A stretch of 64,000 nt of DNA from Paraspadella gotoi (Eukaryota > Animalia > Chaetognatha), in assembly GCA_051294375.1 (NCBI GenBank), contig CM119265.1, forward strand, positions 14,546,963-14,610,962, written 5' to 3'. Under the pieces are notes generated by a model. That model had not been told where the DNA came from. It did not search any database and saw nothing but the letters and a program-made list of their open reading frames with translations. The position numbers and the translations under genes are program-made. Of the stretch, positions 11,014-43,240 are shown piece by piece (within the stretch, counting starts at the first letter, position 1; every line of letters starts with the position of its first letter).

Positions 11014-11454
11014 CTGTGAAGTCTACAAACTTGGTGAATTTTCGATGGGTGAGTGAGTCAGGTCGCGGAGCCATTGTCGATGACAAGGGAAATATTGAGA
11101 GGGATTTAGATTGTAAGCATCTTAGAGGATCGATATTACCAGCCGTCTAACAAAGAGTGAAAGAGTTAACCAGCGGATATCAAGATCATGGTGTCTTCGT
11201 TAGCGGTTGGCAAATGGCAATCAAGAGAACTTGTCCTGTGAGGATTGGAAGTTCATCTCATTTGATTTATTCGTTTATCGTAAATCTAAAGAAATCAAGA
11301 AGCAACCGAGAAGCGACGCAGTGACTTTATTTTCACATGTATTTCCCTATGATCTCATGACTACATGACTAGGAAATTTATGTATAACCAACGTCTTTAT
11401 ATTGTATTTGTATTTTTAGCACACACTGTATTTGAATTTCCTGAAGGCTGTCTT

Positions 11455-11602
11455 AACAAATGAGCAACCAACTATAGGCGAGTTATGAGCATTTTTAACA
11501 TAAGTAGGACCGACGGACCGACATACCGACCGACCGACCGATAGGCCGACTGAAAAGTGACTGATAGAGTTGCTCGGCGAGTACTCGCGGCGCAACTAAA
11601 AA
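11455..11602. mobile_element. DINE-1/HINE-like (Helentron-associated) non-autonomous element fragment
   Basis: Starts aacaaatgagcaaccaactataggcgagtt; central (GACC/GACG)n microsatellite at 11508-11550; terminal hairpin agttgc..cgagtactcg..gcaact followed by aaaaa. This layout matches HINE/DINE-1 elements. Confidence 0.5.
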
Positions 11603-11939
11603 TGAGAACGATTGAAATTACAAATACAATGATTATGAAGGAAATGATAGATTAATTAAATAAATTAAATGAAACGTGGAGGGAATTTTAAAATAGAAGA
11701 AAGAAACTTCTGTTTAAATATGAAATAATAAAGGGCGAAAAGTGGGGGAAAAGTTTGAAAAAGGAAGAAAGGCCAAAATAAAAGTCGAATTAAAAGCTAT
11801 AATTATAAGTATAAATGAAGATCGCAATAGCGTAGATGATAAGAGAAAATGAAAAAGTGAAATAAAGAAAGATATATAAAAAAAGAAAGGAGCGTGGAGG
11901 AAAAACACAAAGTGTAGAGAGGAGCGAAAGGGAAAAGGG

Positions 11940-12005
<66 letters not shown>

Positions 12006-12306
12006 TCTCTCGGAAAGCAGATGCGGAGGCAATCAAGTAATGTGAAAATATATTGTTGCTTCCCTCGCGAGAATTCCGCTTCATCGGCTCCAATATACGT
12101 CAGCCGGGGACATCATCGGAATACGCCGATGAGGAAGAGGAAGAGGAAGAGGAAGAAGAAGAGGAGGAAGAGAAGGAGGGAGGAAAGAGAAAGAGGGAGG
12201 AAAGCGGGCAGATGAATTGTCGGAGGAAGGGAGGAAAGAGGAATGCTGAGAAAGGGAATGAAGAGTGAGAGGAATATTTCACTCATCGGAGAGAGAGAGA
12301 GAGAGA

Positions 12307-12355
<49 letters not shown>

Positions 12356-12368
12356 GAGAGAGAGAGAC

Positions 12369-12405
<37 letters not shown>

Positions 12406-13758
12406 TTTTTGAAGTACTCGGACTGTGGAAAACCATTAAAAGTGAAATAGATTAACACGCTTTTTCGAAATTTCATTTTCCGAATAACATTATAAATTAT
12501 AATTTAAATACTATCAATAATATAACATTTTGACGATTATAAAAAGCAACGAATCATATTTCGTGATGAGTCAATAAAGACGAAACCTTATTTCAGTCCA
12601 AGTCTCCGCTGTGCAAAAAAAAAAAAATTCTCGTTTTTACCAACGAAAAAGTTTTCCCTGGTTTTCGACCTCGGGTTTTATCTCCACCCACGATGGAGCC
12701 TCCTTCCCCCGAACCTCGCCTCGTCTTCGAACTTACCCTCTTTCCACCCCTGAGTCGAGGTCGCCCGGATTTTCCTCACCCACGCAGGAAATCTTCTCTC
12801 TCTTCTTTCCTCATCTTTTTTCTCACTTTACTCATCATCTGAGCGACAACCCTTTTCACCCCGCACCACTCCTTCAAGGAAACCCCCTACCTATCCCTAC
12901 CAACCCATTTTCCTATCAATCCATCACTCCAGCACTACATGACAACCTTTCTTTTTATCTTATCCCACTTCCCCAATCCCAGACAACTTTCCTCTTCCCA
13001 TTTTTAATTGTCCCCTCAACTGATAACCACCCTTTTTCTTTCCACCTATTCCTTTCCAACCCCCTTTTCCATATTTGCCACCTTCACCTTCATCACTACC
13101 AACCCCCTATTCTCCAACCACCTCTCTTTTCCATCTCCCATTTTCTACAGAGTCGAGGCCGTCCTCTGAATTTTCCCCACCCACACAGGAAACTTTGCAT
13201 TAAGTTTCGCTTAGCGTTCGGTCGCGGGTCCCCGCCGTTCCCCGCCGCGCCCCGCCGGTTAAGTCCCCTCATCTCAGCATGCGTTGAGCTCTTCCGAGGG
13301 GCCCCGAGAACCCCCTGTTGCAGGGTAAGCAGTAAGGGAGACTATGAAATCATTTTTTATGGATCGAGGATGAGCCAAATATTGCATGCATTTAGAGAGC
13401 ATAAATTCAAAAAGTAAAAAAATCAAATATCGCATTTTAAATTAAGTTAAAGTTATAATTCTTTTTTGTTCTTTTTTATAAATGGCGCCAAAAAGAGGAT
13501 CGAAAGACTGACTAACCGAAAATCAACCAAATGAGTCAGGACATCGCCGGTTTCTCTTTCTCCGGAGTAAGACTCCCTGGACCCAGGACCCTCTCTTTTC
13601 GCTTCTCCAACAATCATTCATCTTCTCCGTCCCCCCCCTCCCTCTCTTTTCTCTCATCCCCTTCGTTTCCCGCCTTCAGACTTCAGTTTCCCCGCGCGGG
13701 ATTTTTTTAAAAAGAATTAAGATCCGGTTTTTAAGTTGTTTTTTTCTTTTTTTTTGGG

Positions 13759-14595
13759 GGGGGGGGGTAAAAAAATCGAGTGAAAAATATTGCGTTGGAA
13801 TTCTTTTTTTTTCTTGGGTGGTTGAGTTCACTAGAATCCGGTCGAGTCGAGCGTTGATCTCACTGAAGACGATTTTGGGGTCGTGAAATTTCAAATTGCA
13901 ACGGAATAAATCGTGACGTGCGAGTTACCTTTCGCGATATATCCTCATCGTCGCTTTCGTCGGTTTCTTCTTCATCGTCGCCGGGAAAGTCGTCGGCGTT
14001 GTGGTTATCCTTGTTTTGAATATCCTCGACCTCATCTTTCTTATCTTCCTCGTTCTCGTCCTCGTCATTCCTCTTCATCTTCATCTTCAGCCTTCTCTCC
14101 ATCTTTTCGCCGAAAAAAAAAAACTTCTCCGAGTGAAATGATTAACCTTTTGGGCGGCGCGACCTTTTGTCCAACGCCGCCGCGGAGCCGCGCTGCGGCT
14201 GATCAATCTCTGCCGCAGTTTATGCGTCGCTGTTGCTGCGTAATCTCTGCTTCACTCTTGCCTCTGACTTAGGGGCAGAAGTTGTTTGACTGAAGTTCTT
14301 TTGAAAGTTTATATTGACGCTTCGAGAATTCGACGTACAACTTGAAGTAGTATAAGATAAGATTGTAAAATGTCAATACATCTTAATGAAAGAGAGTTTT
14401 AATGTTCTCAGGAGTGTGAATGAGGCAAGAAAATTCTCAACATGTTTTTTGGGACGGAGGTGTGAAAGTGTGAGATAAACTAATAAAGTTGTCTTACGAA
14501 GTTTGAATCTTATTTTCATTCAACATTAACATATGGTCGCCGCACAATAAAGAATAACAAATACGTTTTTCAAATTTTGATTGAAAGCTGTGCGT

Positions 14596-14654
<59 letters not shown>

Positions 14655-14726
14655 ATCTTTGTCATCTGCATCCCCATTATGTCGCATTCATTCCAACTAT
14701 TTTTTTTACTTTTAGTTGTCCTCGCT

Positions 14727-14815
<89 letters not shown>

Positions 14816-17800
14816 AGAGAAAAAAATTCGTCGCATTCTCAAAACCTCGTCTTCCGCTCGGCCGCGTTTTGCCTGACTTTGCGCCTCAAAAAAAAATTCC
14901 ATTTTATTCCTCATATCGACGACGACGACGACAGCGACGACGACGACGACGACTTCATTAACATATCGGCGTAATTTGCAGAGATGCTCCCCCAACACAA
15001 AAGGTGCTAAAGCGTTGGGGTGGAAACGGTTTTGCGATTTCAAAGTGGGGAAGAGGGGAGAGGAGGATGAAGACGGGGGGGGGGAGGCGGAGGCGTGGCG
15101 CGTCATCGTCCTCCATCTGGACGACGTCCGCTCGTCGAAACGACGCAGACAATGGGAAGAGAGAGGCGTCAGATGAAGGGGGCGTGGTCAAGGGGGGTGG
15201 AAGGGGGAGAGGGTTGGAAACGGTGGGGGGAAGGTGGAGGAGGGAAGGGGGTTCCTCCAACCTGCCGCTCGGTGAGGGGAGAAGGTGGAGGGATAAAGAG
15301 ATTGGTGGAGGAGATGATCTTCCTCAGCAGGGAGTGGTCGAGGGGGGGGCGTGTGGCTGCAAGGGGCACAACGGATCGGATGGGCGGGGTAGAGGGGCGA
15401 GTCGGAATTTGGTCAGAGTTCAGGCCACAGAAAAAATAAAAAAATAGAATATTATATATAACTACTCGGTAGTTATTAACTTGGTTAAACCACGTCAACC
15501 GAAATCAGTAACTGGCACCACAACTCAATCTATATATAATATTTTCAAAACTACTAAAATAAATGAAATTGGTACAACCAATATAATACAATACATACAT
15601 AATAAAATATTATACACGAAGTATGACGATATAACAATTATTAAAAGATGCAGAAATTAAATCCGCAAGAATATGGCGTGGGAAATTGATAAAACTTAAT
15701 AATTTAATCCCCTTTTATTAAAACCAAGTTCCGTTTTTTAAACGTGATAATTGATGAATTACGTCACGTGCGAATAAATCTTGCGATTTAACGGATTAGA
15801 GGAATGGATATTAGATAGACCGAAGAAAGGCGCAGAAGTCATCCACAATAGCGAGTCGAGATATGACCATTATTAACTTTTTTCAAGTTCGATCCATATC
15901 TTAGCTCGTGTCAAACCTATTTATAACATAAATGCATAACAAATTAACGAATATAAGATAAAACACGCAGAAAATGTTTTAGTTCAATTCGTTGTAAAAC
16001 GTAAAGAAGTTTCTTCAAAGTTTTTTTAATACCAAACGTCACCCACGTCGAATCCCACATATCGTCGGCTTGCTGTGGCCACTCCCCCCATTATAGGCCG
16101 ATTCCCACCCTTAGCTTCAGCGAACTTCATCGGACACTTTGGGATTGGTATCTTCAACATTTCATCAGATTAGCGGGAAAGGTATGTTAAATTTTGAATT
16201 TGAAAAATATTTATAAATTATTGTCACCCTTTCGTCGTGAGAACCGGTTTAGTTCGCTCTTAGTCCAACTCAGACACTCGAGTAATCATAAAAACAGTTA
16301 ATTTTAAAGATCTTAATCATCTTTGAAAATGCTTAAATTTAACCGGTTAAACGTTAAAATCGATTAATTTGTCAATTATACTTATATCTTTTATAACTAG
16401 TAACAAAAAGAATGTTATTTTTAACATCTCCGAATGTTCATTATAAATAAAAAACTGTACTAACAAAAAAAAGAAAATCCAGCGTGTTGTAAAACAAATA
16501 TATTCTTAGATAACAAAAATTAGTGATAGTTTTATCATTCATTTTTGCTCGAACTTTTAAACAAAAAGTTTTGCTGCAATGAAAACTTTTTAAGCTTTAA
16601 TAATGGTTAAGGTAGTAAAGTTAGTTAAGCGGAATTAACTTTTTTTAAACAAAAGGGATATTCCTCGTAATTTAAAGAGGATCATTTCTTTGTTTATTTT
16701 ATGCAAAATGTAGACATTTTAAGAAAGACTTTTTCTTCCAAAAAGCTTTATAAGTCTTAAATTTTAGGTTTAAGTTATATTCAATTATGTATGGATAAAA
16801 ATATAATCGTAATTTACAAAATGTAAAGGAGCGAGAAAGCGCCCAATTCACATTTTTACTAAACTTATGACTCATCCCCCAGATATAACTTTGAAGTAAC
16901 AATTTAAAAATAATTTACAATAATTTAAAAAAAAAAATTAAATTAAAATAAAAAAAATTCGCTATCAAAATTGTCTTTATATTAACTGACGGATGGATTC
17001 AAATCTGTTGACTTAACTAGATTTTAACAAATTAATGTTCTTTTAAATACTTACTTTATTACTTTATTGCGTAGTTTAAAGGGGTTTCAATATCTTTAAT
17101 CTTTAATCTATTTCATTTAAATATATCAACTGTTCTGGAAAATAATTTCAAAAACTGTCTTTCAATTTTCCTATGTTGATCAGACTTAGTAATGTTTTCA
17201 ATTTTAAAATTAGGATTAATTTTTTACAGCAACTATATCTAAGATAATTGATTATCGTACGCATAATTTTTATCCAGAAGAAAAAATTGATTCTCGCTCA
17301 AAATTTTCCCGCCAATCGCTTATTCCATCCTGCTTTTTCCAGCAACGCTTCGTCGTTCCACAGTCCCCCGAGCTCACAGCACATTAGAGAATCACAGCAC
17401 ATTAACGAATCAACGAATCAAATCTCGCAGCTTTCTGCTTCCAATATTTTATTGTCGAGGGTCGGTTCGCTTCGGAAGATGCCCGCTTGGCGGCGGACTC
17501 GTCCTATGCTCGGCCCGTCCACGTTCTCCACGTCCCACGGAATAGACGATCCGAAAACCTCTCATCCTCATTCCTCCACTTCCTCCTCCTCTCCTTCCCC
17601 CTCCTCTCATCCTTTCTTTCCTCCCCTCTTCTCTTCTCTTTTTCAGCTCTTCCTCCTCTATATTCCGCCCACGCGATTTCTCCGCTCGCCTCGCCGCCGG
17701 CCTCCCGTTGCGCAAGACCCTCGAACGTCGGCGAATCGTCGTCCCTCGCGCTCGTCGTCGTCGTCAAAAGCGAATCGGCGACGTCGTCGAAGCACGAGAT

Positions 17801-19987
17801 CGATGCTGATTGGTCGGCGATGGGAAAACTCGCCATCCGATTAGTCGACGAGCGGGAAGAAGAGGGAACCCGAGGTGGGAGAAAGAGAGAGAGGGCAGAG
17901 AGGAGAGAGAGATTCTCTTTCCTCTTCCTTCCCGTCTTTATGTTCCACTGTCGCGTAGGCTTTTTCCACCGACGTTTCCGCGTCTCGCGATGGAAAAAAG
18001 GGAACCGAAAGGCTGAGCGAGTTTCGGCCGAGAGACGACGACGACGTGGACGATAAGACGACGACCACGTCTTGAAGAGCGGGGGAGAGAGACACAGAGA
18101 GATAGAGAGAGAGAGGGAAAGAGAGAGGGAGAGAGCAAGCATCATTTTCCTTTACGCGTTCCCTGTTCCGTTGGTTGCGTTCGATTCTTCTTCTTCTTCG
18201 TCGTCGTCGTCGTTCTCGTCGTCGTCGTCGTCATCGCGCGCCATTCGGTTTTTGTGGAATCGAACCGATGATAACTCAGTTGTTTAAGTGGAAGTCTTTC
18301 GCTCCGTGGCTCCGGCTTCGGGTCGATCTTATTATTTTATTGGTAAATGATTTTTTTTCACGTTTGCTTCGACTCTCGCGGTTGGAATTGCCCGTGCGCA
18401 TTTATTGTATTTATTGTTATTAATATTTTTTTTTCCATTTTCATCTCCAGTTTGAATTTTGTTTCTATCGTCAACGCATCTTTCGCATCCGTATAGCAAC
18501 GAAGAAAAATGTAAACGAACAAAAACTTTACAAATCAAACTATTTTAAGTACTGAGACATTGGTCCATTCACAGCGCGTTCGTATCTTGGGTTTGGTTCG
18601 TCATCACGGGGTCTGACTGCGCGTCATGCAATTCGTCTGACACCCATTTTCTTTCTTAATATCTTCGGTTTAACGAGCCCAAGATATTTTTTATATTTTT
18701 TATTGACAATTCTTTTATTTCATTTGAACGTTTGATCCTAAACGATTAAAAGATATACTACTAAACAAGATGTGAATCAATTTCATTAATTTCCGCCCCA
18801 GTTCTACAATTTTATTTTTATTTATCTCTAAAAAAAATTAAAAAAAAAAAACAAAAAACAAAAAACAATTATCCACGAACTCACAGTTCGACGCTCGAAA
18901 AAAAAACCTCGATTTTTAAAAAAATTCGTATCCGATTAAAGTTTATATAAAGACGTGACTAAATAGAAAATTAAACCCGCCAAAAATTATTGTCACAATC
19001 GGGAAATTGAATTGGACTTCCAAGTTGCAACGAATTCATCCTATTTCCTTGAAGCTTTCTTTCTTCTCTTGGACTTAAAAAAAAAAACCAAACAAAAAAC
19101 AACGAAAACAACAACGAATCGACATCAAGAAAATCTCCAGGTTTTTCGATTTCCTATCGAAGCCCGTTGGACGAATCAGTCTTCCGAGAAAACGCGAAGG
19201 AAAACGCGACAGAGACAGGTCAGCCTCTTTAAAAACCGACATACGATTACGAATCTCTCGGAGGTTTGATCGATTTGACGCCGAAACGCTTCGGTTTCAG
19301 AAAAAATCGATTTCCACCAGGCAAATTACTGAAAAAAAAAAGAAAGTGATAAAAAGTTCATCGCGACTTCTGCCTCAAGAAAACAAAGTTTTGGCAAACG
19401 TAAACGCACGACTACTCACGAAGATCGTTGTCATAAACAAACAAATAAACAACGAAGCCGCCAAAAGACGAAAAACGAATGTACAAGACAAAAGTGATAA
19501 TCAGCTGCTGACGAAAGTTTAGTTTGAAAAAGCCGCCGCCGCCGCTTCTACCTCGCCCATTTACGTTTAGGGTAAGTTTTTGGAGGAGAAAATGGTCGAA
19601 CCGGCTTTTCACTTATTTACCTCTTTTTTTTTTATCGATAAAGAAATCAGAAGGAGATAGCGATGGAAGAAAGGAGACAGGAAAAAAAAAAGGAAAGGAG
19701 GAAAAGGAGGAAGGAAATAAAGAAATGAGGGCGGATTCCAAGATGGATGCGATTGCTTCCAGCTGTTGACGGCGATGATCACAAAGAACGACGACGACGA
19801 CAACGACGACGACGACGATGATGATGATGATTTGCGAGGCAACAGCGAATAATAATTTTTCCTCATTTTTTCTCTCTTCTTTTCTTTTCTCGTAATTTTT
19901 TTTTTCCTTTCCTCTTTTTCTTCGGCCTCCATCCCGAAAGAAAAGGAACGAAATGAGATTTTTTTTTCTCGCGCGGTCTTTTTAAAT

Positions 19988-20081
<94 letters not shown>

Positions 20082-20558
20082 ATACTACTACAAAATATAG
20101 CGTACAAGAAAAGGTACATTGGTTCATAAGTTTATCCAGAAATCGCGTTGGGGTAATTGAAATACAAATATCTCCGGTGGAGAAAATGGAAAGAAAAAAA
20201 AAATACCGACGTCGGTTTTAACCGAAAAATAAAACTCGGCTTGGGTCGTAAAGAAGTCGACCGGTTCAACCGCAGAACGTTTAGCGCACCGCCGCCGCTG
20301 CCGATGTTTCCGCCGCCGTTCCGCCGCTTGTCGTGTCACCGCCGCCGCCGCTTCTGCCACGTACGGCACCGCCACCGCCAGCCGCAGCCGCAGCCGCAGC
20401 CGCCGCCGCGCCAACAATTTTGGCGACGGAGGAACTGTTTTTTTTTCTCTCTCTCTCCTTTTCGAATTTCACTCTGCGAAGATACAGACGTTTCGCGAAA
20501 AGCAATAAAAAAACGCGTTTTGTTACAGTTTTGTCGGGCTATAGCGACGTTTATTCCC
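13759..20558 (+). repeat. 6.8 kb segment, copy 1 of a direct duplication
   Basis: Near-identical to 20584-27384; the differences I saw are mostly 1-nt indels; copies are separated by a 25-N gap. Confidence 0.95.
13929..14102 (-). CDS. Possible acidic exon (second copy ends at 20927)
   Basis: MERRLKMKMKRNDEDENEEDKKDEVEDIQNKDNHNADDFPGDDEEETDESDDEDISRK ending at AAG|GTAACT; could equally be translated (TCN)n-like low complexity. Confidence 0.2.
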
Positions 20559-20583
20559 NNNNNNNNNNNNNNNNNNNNNNNNN

Positions 20584-27384
<6,801 letters not shown>

Positions 27385-28041
27385 CTAGTTTTCCTCATCA
27401 AAGTGATAAAAGATTCAGTTTAAGGTGAATCTTTCTCTCTTTGTCCGTTAGTCTGTCTCTGTCTCTATCTGCTTCGTCGAAGGTTCTACGTGAAAAGCCA
27501 AAGTGAAGGCCACGCCTACTTTTTAACAATCGTGGAATTTCGACGCTCGTTTGCATTTCCGGCGTTAGGGGGCTGCTACGGTTCGCGCGGGTTGCTTCGC
27601 GTTCGCTCGTTCGTATTCGGTCGAGGCCGTGACAATCGTGACTTGGGTATTAAGGGGCAAAGAGCGAAGAATTAGCATGTTACAGTATTATTAATATTGA
27701 TGATCATAATAACAATATGATTTATTCGCTTCAGTTGTTCTTATTTATTCAGTTTAGGTCGAGTTTCTGTTCTTCTTACCTTATATTAACTCCATCTTCC
27801 TGTTATTCCCGTTCTTCCCGTTCTTCCACGTTCAGTTCTTCTCCTGTTTCAGTTCTCCTTGCCTCCTTTCAGCTCCATCTTTCTGTTCTTCCCCGTAGAA
27901 CTTTTCTGTTTCCCTGTTATTCGATAAAACGTCAGCAATTTTTTTTTTTCGTCCGAAGAAAAATTCGAGACACCAACTTTTTTTTTCACTCTTTCTTTCT
28001 GTCGTTCAACCTTTCCGACAGCAGAAGACGCTGTTTCTTAC

Positions 28042-28107
<66 letters not shown>

Positions 28108-28408
28108 GAAATGACGTGATGACGTGATCCTCATTCGCCAGATTCCATTGCACCTGTGCATCTGCCAAAGCACGAGTCCATGGTCGATACAGTCATCGAC
28201 AACAAAGCAACTCGCGAACACTGTCGTTCAATACCCATGGCACAATCAACAATAGCCTCGAGATTTTGGGTGCGACGACCTCTTCGCACTCAAAAGCGAC
28301 AATTCGCACGCAAAGGCGCGCGTTCACGTGATAAACGCGCGGGCGTTATTGAGTCTCGTTCGGCCCTGCTCACCCCGCATTCGACCTGAGCAGGGAAGAT
28401 CTTTCTCT

Positions 28409-28505
<97 letters not shown>

Positions 28506-29688
28506 TCACGAAGAAAAAGACCAAAGGCGTCCCTCCCTTCGCTTCTTCCATTAACAATTTCCTTTTCTCGATCGATTTTCTCCCATTAACGACGGGTCGT
28601 CGACCCTTCCCCTCCCTTCCTTTTTTTTTCCTTTTTCCCTTTCGTTTTTTCCTTCTTCTTCTCCTTTCTTTACCGTGCATTTCATTTCGCATGAAACTCT
28701 TTTAATTCGTCGCTAACTTAATACAATAAACCTTTCTGCTTTGAATTTCTCTGTCTGCTTGACTGGCTTAAGGTCTGGAAGTATTTGTGTTTCTGTACTA
28801 TGCTCTTCTTTTTTCTCTCCCATTTTCTTTTCGTCCTGACTTTAAATTCTTCCTTCCTTTTTTTTGTCCTGTTTTCATCTTCCATTATGTCTCATTTCTT
28901 TTCCCTCTCTTAAATGATTTCCTTTCTTTTTCTGCTACCTCCATTTTCTTTCCTTTCCTCCCTTAAATTCTTCCGATATTTGGCGTCCATTCGTGAATTC
29001 CAACTCATGACCCACTTAATCTGTCTTACTCTTCTTTTTTTTTTCTGGGAGACGACAACGCCAATGACGACAACAACGACAACTGCAACGGCGACGACGA
29101 CGACGGGAATAAAGAAAAGGAGAAGCAATTGCTTCTCTCTTGTTGCCATATTTTTCTCGCTTAATGGAAACATGCAGAAAACAAATTGAGGCTGAGAATG
29201 CGGTGACAAATATGAGAGGAAAGCAAACAAACTCGACAAGGAAAAAAAAAGAGAGGAACCGAAAAAAGTATCAAGAAACAAAAAAAAAAAGAAAGAAAAA
29301 AAGAAAGAAAAAACCTTAATGACTTTTTTTTTCTAGAAAAGGCGGTTTTTTTTTTTAGGAAAAAAGCGAGGTTTTTTCGGTAGGATGGAATCATGGAAGA
29401 AAATCCATTTTCGACTACAAAGCGACGGATGCTTCGATGTTTGAAGACGTAAATTCGAGCCAGAATGGAACCGAGAATGGAATGGAACCGAACTTAAAAA
29501 TTCCATTCGACCGAGTGACGACTTTGTTCGAGATGATGGGAATCTAAACCTTTTTAAAGTCGCTCGCGTCGATTAGATTTGAAAACTTCGTTTTTGTTGT
29601 AACAAAAAAACAAACAAAAAAAAACAAAGAAAACAAACTTCGATTGTTCAATAAGAAAAATGAAATAATCGTCTGATGGTTCGAAGTC

Positions 29689-29941
29689 GGTATGAGTAAG
29701 GCTTCATCGAACGCATAGTTGGTATGGGTAAGGCTTCATCGAACGCATAGTTGGTATGGGTAAGGCTTCATCGAACGCATAGTTGGTATGGGTAAGGCTT
29801 CATCGAACGCATAGTTGGTATGGGTAAGGCTTCATCGAACGCATAGTTGGTATGGGTAAGGCTTCATCGAACGCATAGTTGGTATGGGTAAGGCTTCATC
29901 GAACGCATAGTTGGTATGGGTAAGGCTTCATCGAACGCATA
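29689..29941 (+). repeat. 32-bp tandem repeat, about 7.9 copies (GGTATGGGTAAGGCTTCATCGAACGCATAGTT)
   Basis: Exact 32-nt periodicity; no spacers; one variant base in unit 1. Confidence 0.95.
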
Positions 29942-30225
29942 CTCGATACGGAAGGTTGTACCGCTTCCGCGAGAGATGCGCTCTACTCGGCGTCGTTAGT
30001 TTTTATCGCGCCGGAAGAAGCGCGGCGATACAACGACTGCGTTTACGTCTCGGAAAGAAAATGAAAGAAAGAAAAGAAGAAAAGTGGAAATAACGAATTC
30101 AATTACGACCCCAAAAAAATTCGAGAGAAACGGATAGCGAGGTGAAAGTAAGGGCGAAAGCAGCCAAGTTTTGATTGCGTTGAGAGAGAGAGAGAGAGAG
30201 AGAGACGAAGAGGAGAGAGAAGAGG

Positions 30226-30262
<37 letters not shown>

Positions 30263-30359
30263 TAAGAGAGATAGAAAGAAAGTGAAAAAAAGAGTAGGTG
30301 ATGTCTGGGGAGGGAAAGTAAAGACAGAGAGAAGAGAAGAAGAATAGGGGAGACACTCG

Positions 30360-30394
<35 letters not shown>

Positions 30395-30767
30395 AGAGAG
30401 GGTGAGAGAGAGAGAGAGAGTAGAGAGAGAGAGAGAGTCGTTAAACAGCAGCTTCAGTCCTGATCATTACTAGGGTGCGCGAATGAAGGACGTCGCGACA
30501 ACTTATAGTTGAAAAGAAATAGAGAGCAAAAGAACGGTGAAGGAGAGCAGACGGTTGATTCCGATGAGATGATGACGGTGATTTGTCGAGATGATTGGGA
30601 GGCGGCGAATTGTGATGGATTTAAAATGCGATTGGCGTTTGGCGTACTAAACATTCATAAAGGGAAAATTCTCACAACAAGATGAAAACGGGTAAGAAAA
30701 GGAATAGAAAGGAAAAGGAATAAAAAAAGGGAGAAAAAAAAGGAAAGAGAGAGGGAGAGATGAGAGA

Positions 30768-30843
<76 letters not shown>

Positions 30844-31201
30844 CACTAGAGAAGGAATACGAAGAAAGAAGGTCAAAGAATCATTCGTCGACGAGAAGAG
30901 CAGAGAGATTCAGTGACATTTCTCCACTGAAGAAACGACGACGATGATGACGACGATGACGACGATGAAGACGATGCTCTGTGATAGAATAAATGACAAC
31001 GATTGCTTCCGGATTGTTTCCAACGACGTTTATATATTATCATTAGGCGCATAAGTTTGATACGTCCTGTTTAAATTTCCTCCAATATTCAATTCGAACT
31101 GTTTAGAGTTTGAGAAAAGAAAGAGAGAAAGAATTTAGCTGGAAGACAATTGTGAGCCGAGAGAGAATCACCTTTATCCTTTTAAGGATCACTCACGAGA
31201 T

Positions 31202-31286
<85 letters not shown>

Positions 31287-31520
31287 AAGTGGCTCCATTT
31301 TTTTTTTTCGATACTTCCAGTTGAAGACAATAAGAGGGAAGGATGACATCTCCCGTGTTCTTTTTCTTTGATGGAGACTCAATGGGAACAGAAGAGAAGA
31401 AGAAAAAAAGGGAAAGAATAAAGAGAGAAGTGGGAGATAAGAATTCTCTCCTCTCTCTCTCTCTCCTCTCTCTCTCTCCTCTTTCTTCTTCTCTCTCTCC
31501 CCTCTCTCTCTCTTCTCGGT

Positions 31521-31558
<38 letters not shown>

Positions 31559-31893
31559 TCTCTCTAGTCTCTGAGAAAAAGAAAAACTCCCATTCTTTCT
31601 ATGAGAGAAATCCCTTTTTTCATTTTCTGGGTAAATCTTGTTTTTTAAAAATTGTCGTTGGGAGAAAAGGTTTTTTTTTTTCTGTTTTGATGTTGGATTA
31701 AAAGCGCTCTCTCCTGGCGTGGATGATGATGGCAGACGACGACGACGACTACGATGGGAGCGAAAACAAGTTATAAATGGAGACCATCCTTTTTTTTTGG
31801 GTTAGAGTTTGTTTTTTCCGTGAAAATTTTGCGTGTTTTTCTATCTTTTCAGCAGAAACTAAAAATATTTTTGTCTGTGAAGAAAAGCAAATA

Positions 31894-31924
<31 letters not shown>

Positions 31925-31930
31925 GAGAGA

Positions 31931-31996
<66 letters not shown>

Positions 31997-32122
31997 ATCT
32001 AGACATATTCTCCTCTCCTTTTCCGCAGCTGCGATTCACGCGCTGCCATCACGTCGCGCGCTGTGTGCAAACGCACGAAAAAACGCACGCAACATATNNN
32101 NNNNNNNNNNNNNNNNNNNNNN

Positions 32123-33758
<1,636 letters not shown>

Positions 33759-33915
33759 NNNNNNNNNNNNNNNNNNNNNNNNNTTTTTTTTCGAACTTCC
33801 AGTTGAAGACAATAAAGGGAAGGATGACATCTCCCGTGTTCTTTTCTCTTTGATGGAGACTCAATGGAACAGAAGAAGAAGAGAAAAAAANNNNNNNNNN
33901 NNNNNNNNNNNNNNN

Positions 33916-43240
<9,325 letters not shown>

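Noticed and set aside
11790-12476. ERERER/SLSLSL ORFs here and throughout the window
   Set aside because: Translations of (AG)n microsatellites.
12562-12605. Hammerhead-like core cgTGATGAGTC-aataaa-GACGAAAcc
   Set aside because: Stem II and GAAA fit, but the core reads GTGATGA rather than CTGATGA and I could not form stems I and III around an NUH site. An Infernal search with hammerhead models would settle it.
12611-13417. 268-aa ORF
   Set aside because: C/T-rich low-complexity sequence depleted of stop codons; only a weak possible exon at 13151-13324 and no recognisable domain.
13850-13905. CTGAAGA...GAAA hammerhead-like motif (also near 20686)
   Set aside because: Extra base before GAAA and no stem I next to the core.
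17248-18145. Overlapping 190-210 aa ORFs repeated three times as a gene family
   Set aside because: Low complexity, no domain, frames differ between copies, and the copies belong to the large redundant blocks.
29689-29941. 32-bp repeat as a CRISPR array
   Set aside because: Units are contiguous with no unique spacers, there are no cas genes, and the context is eukaryotic.
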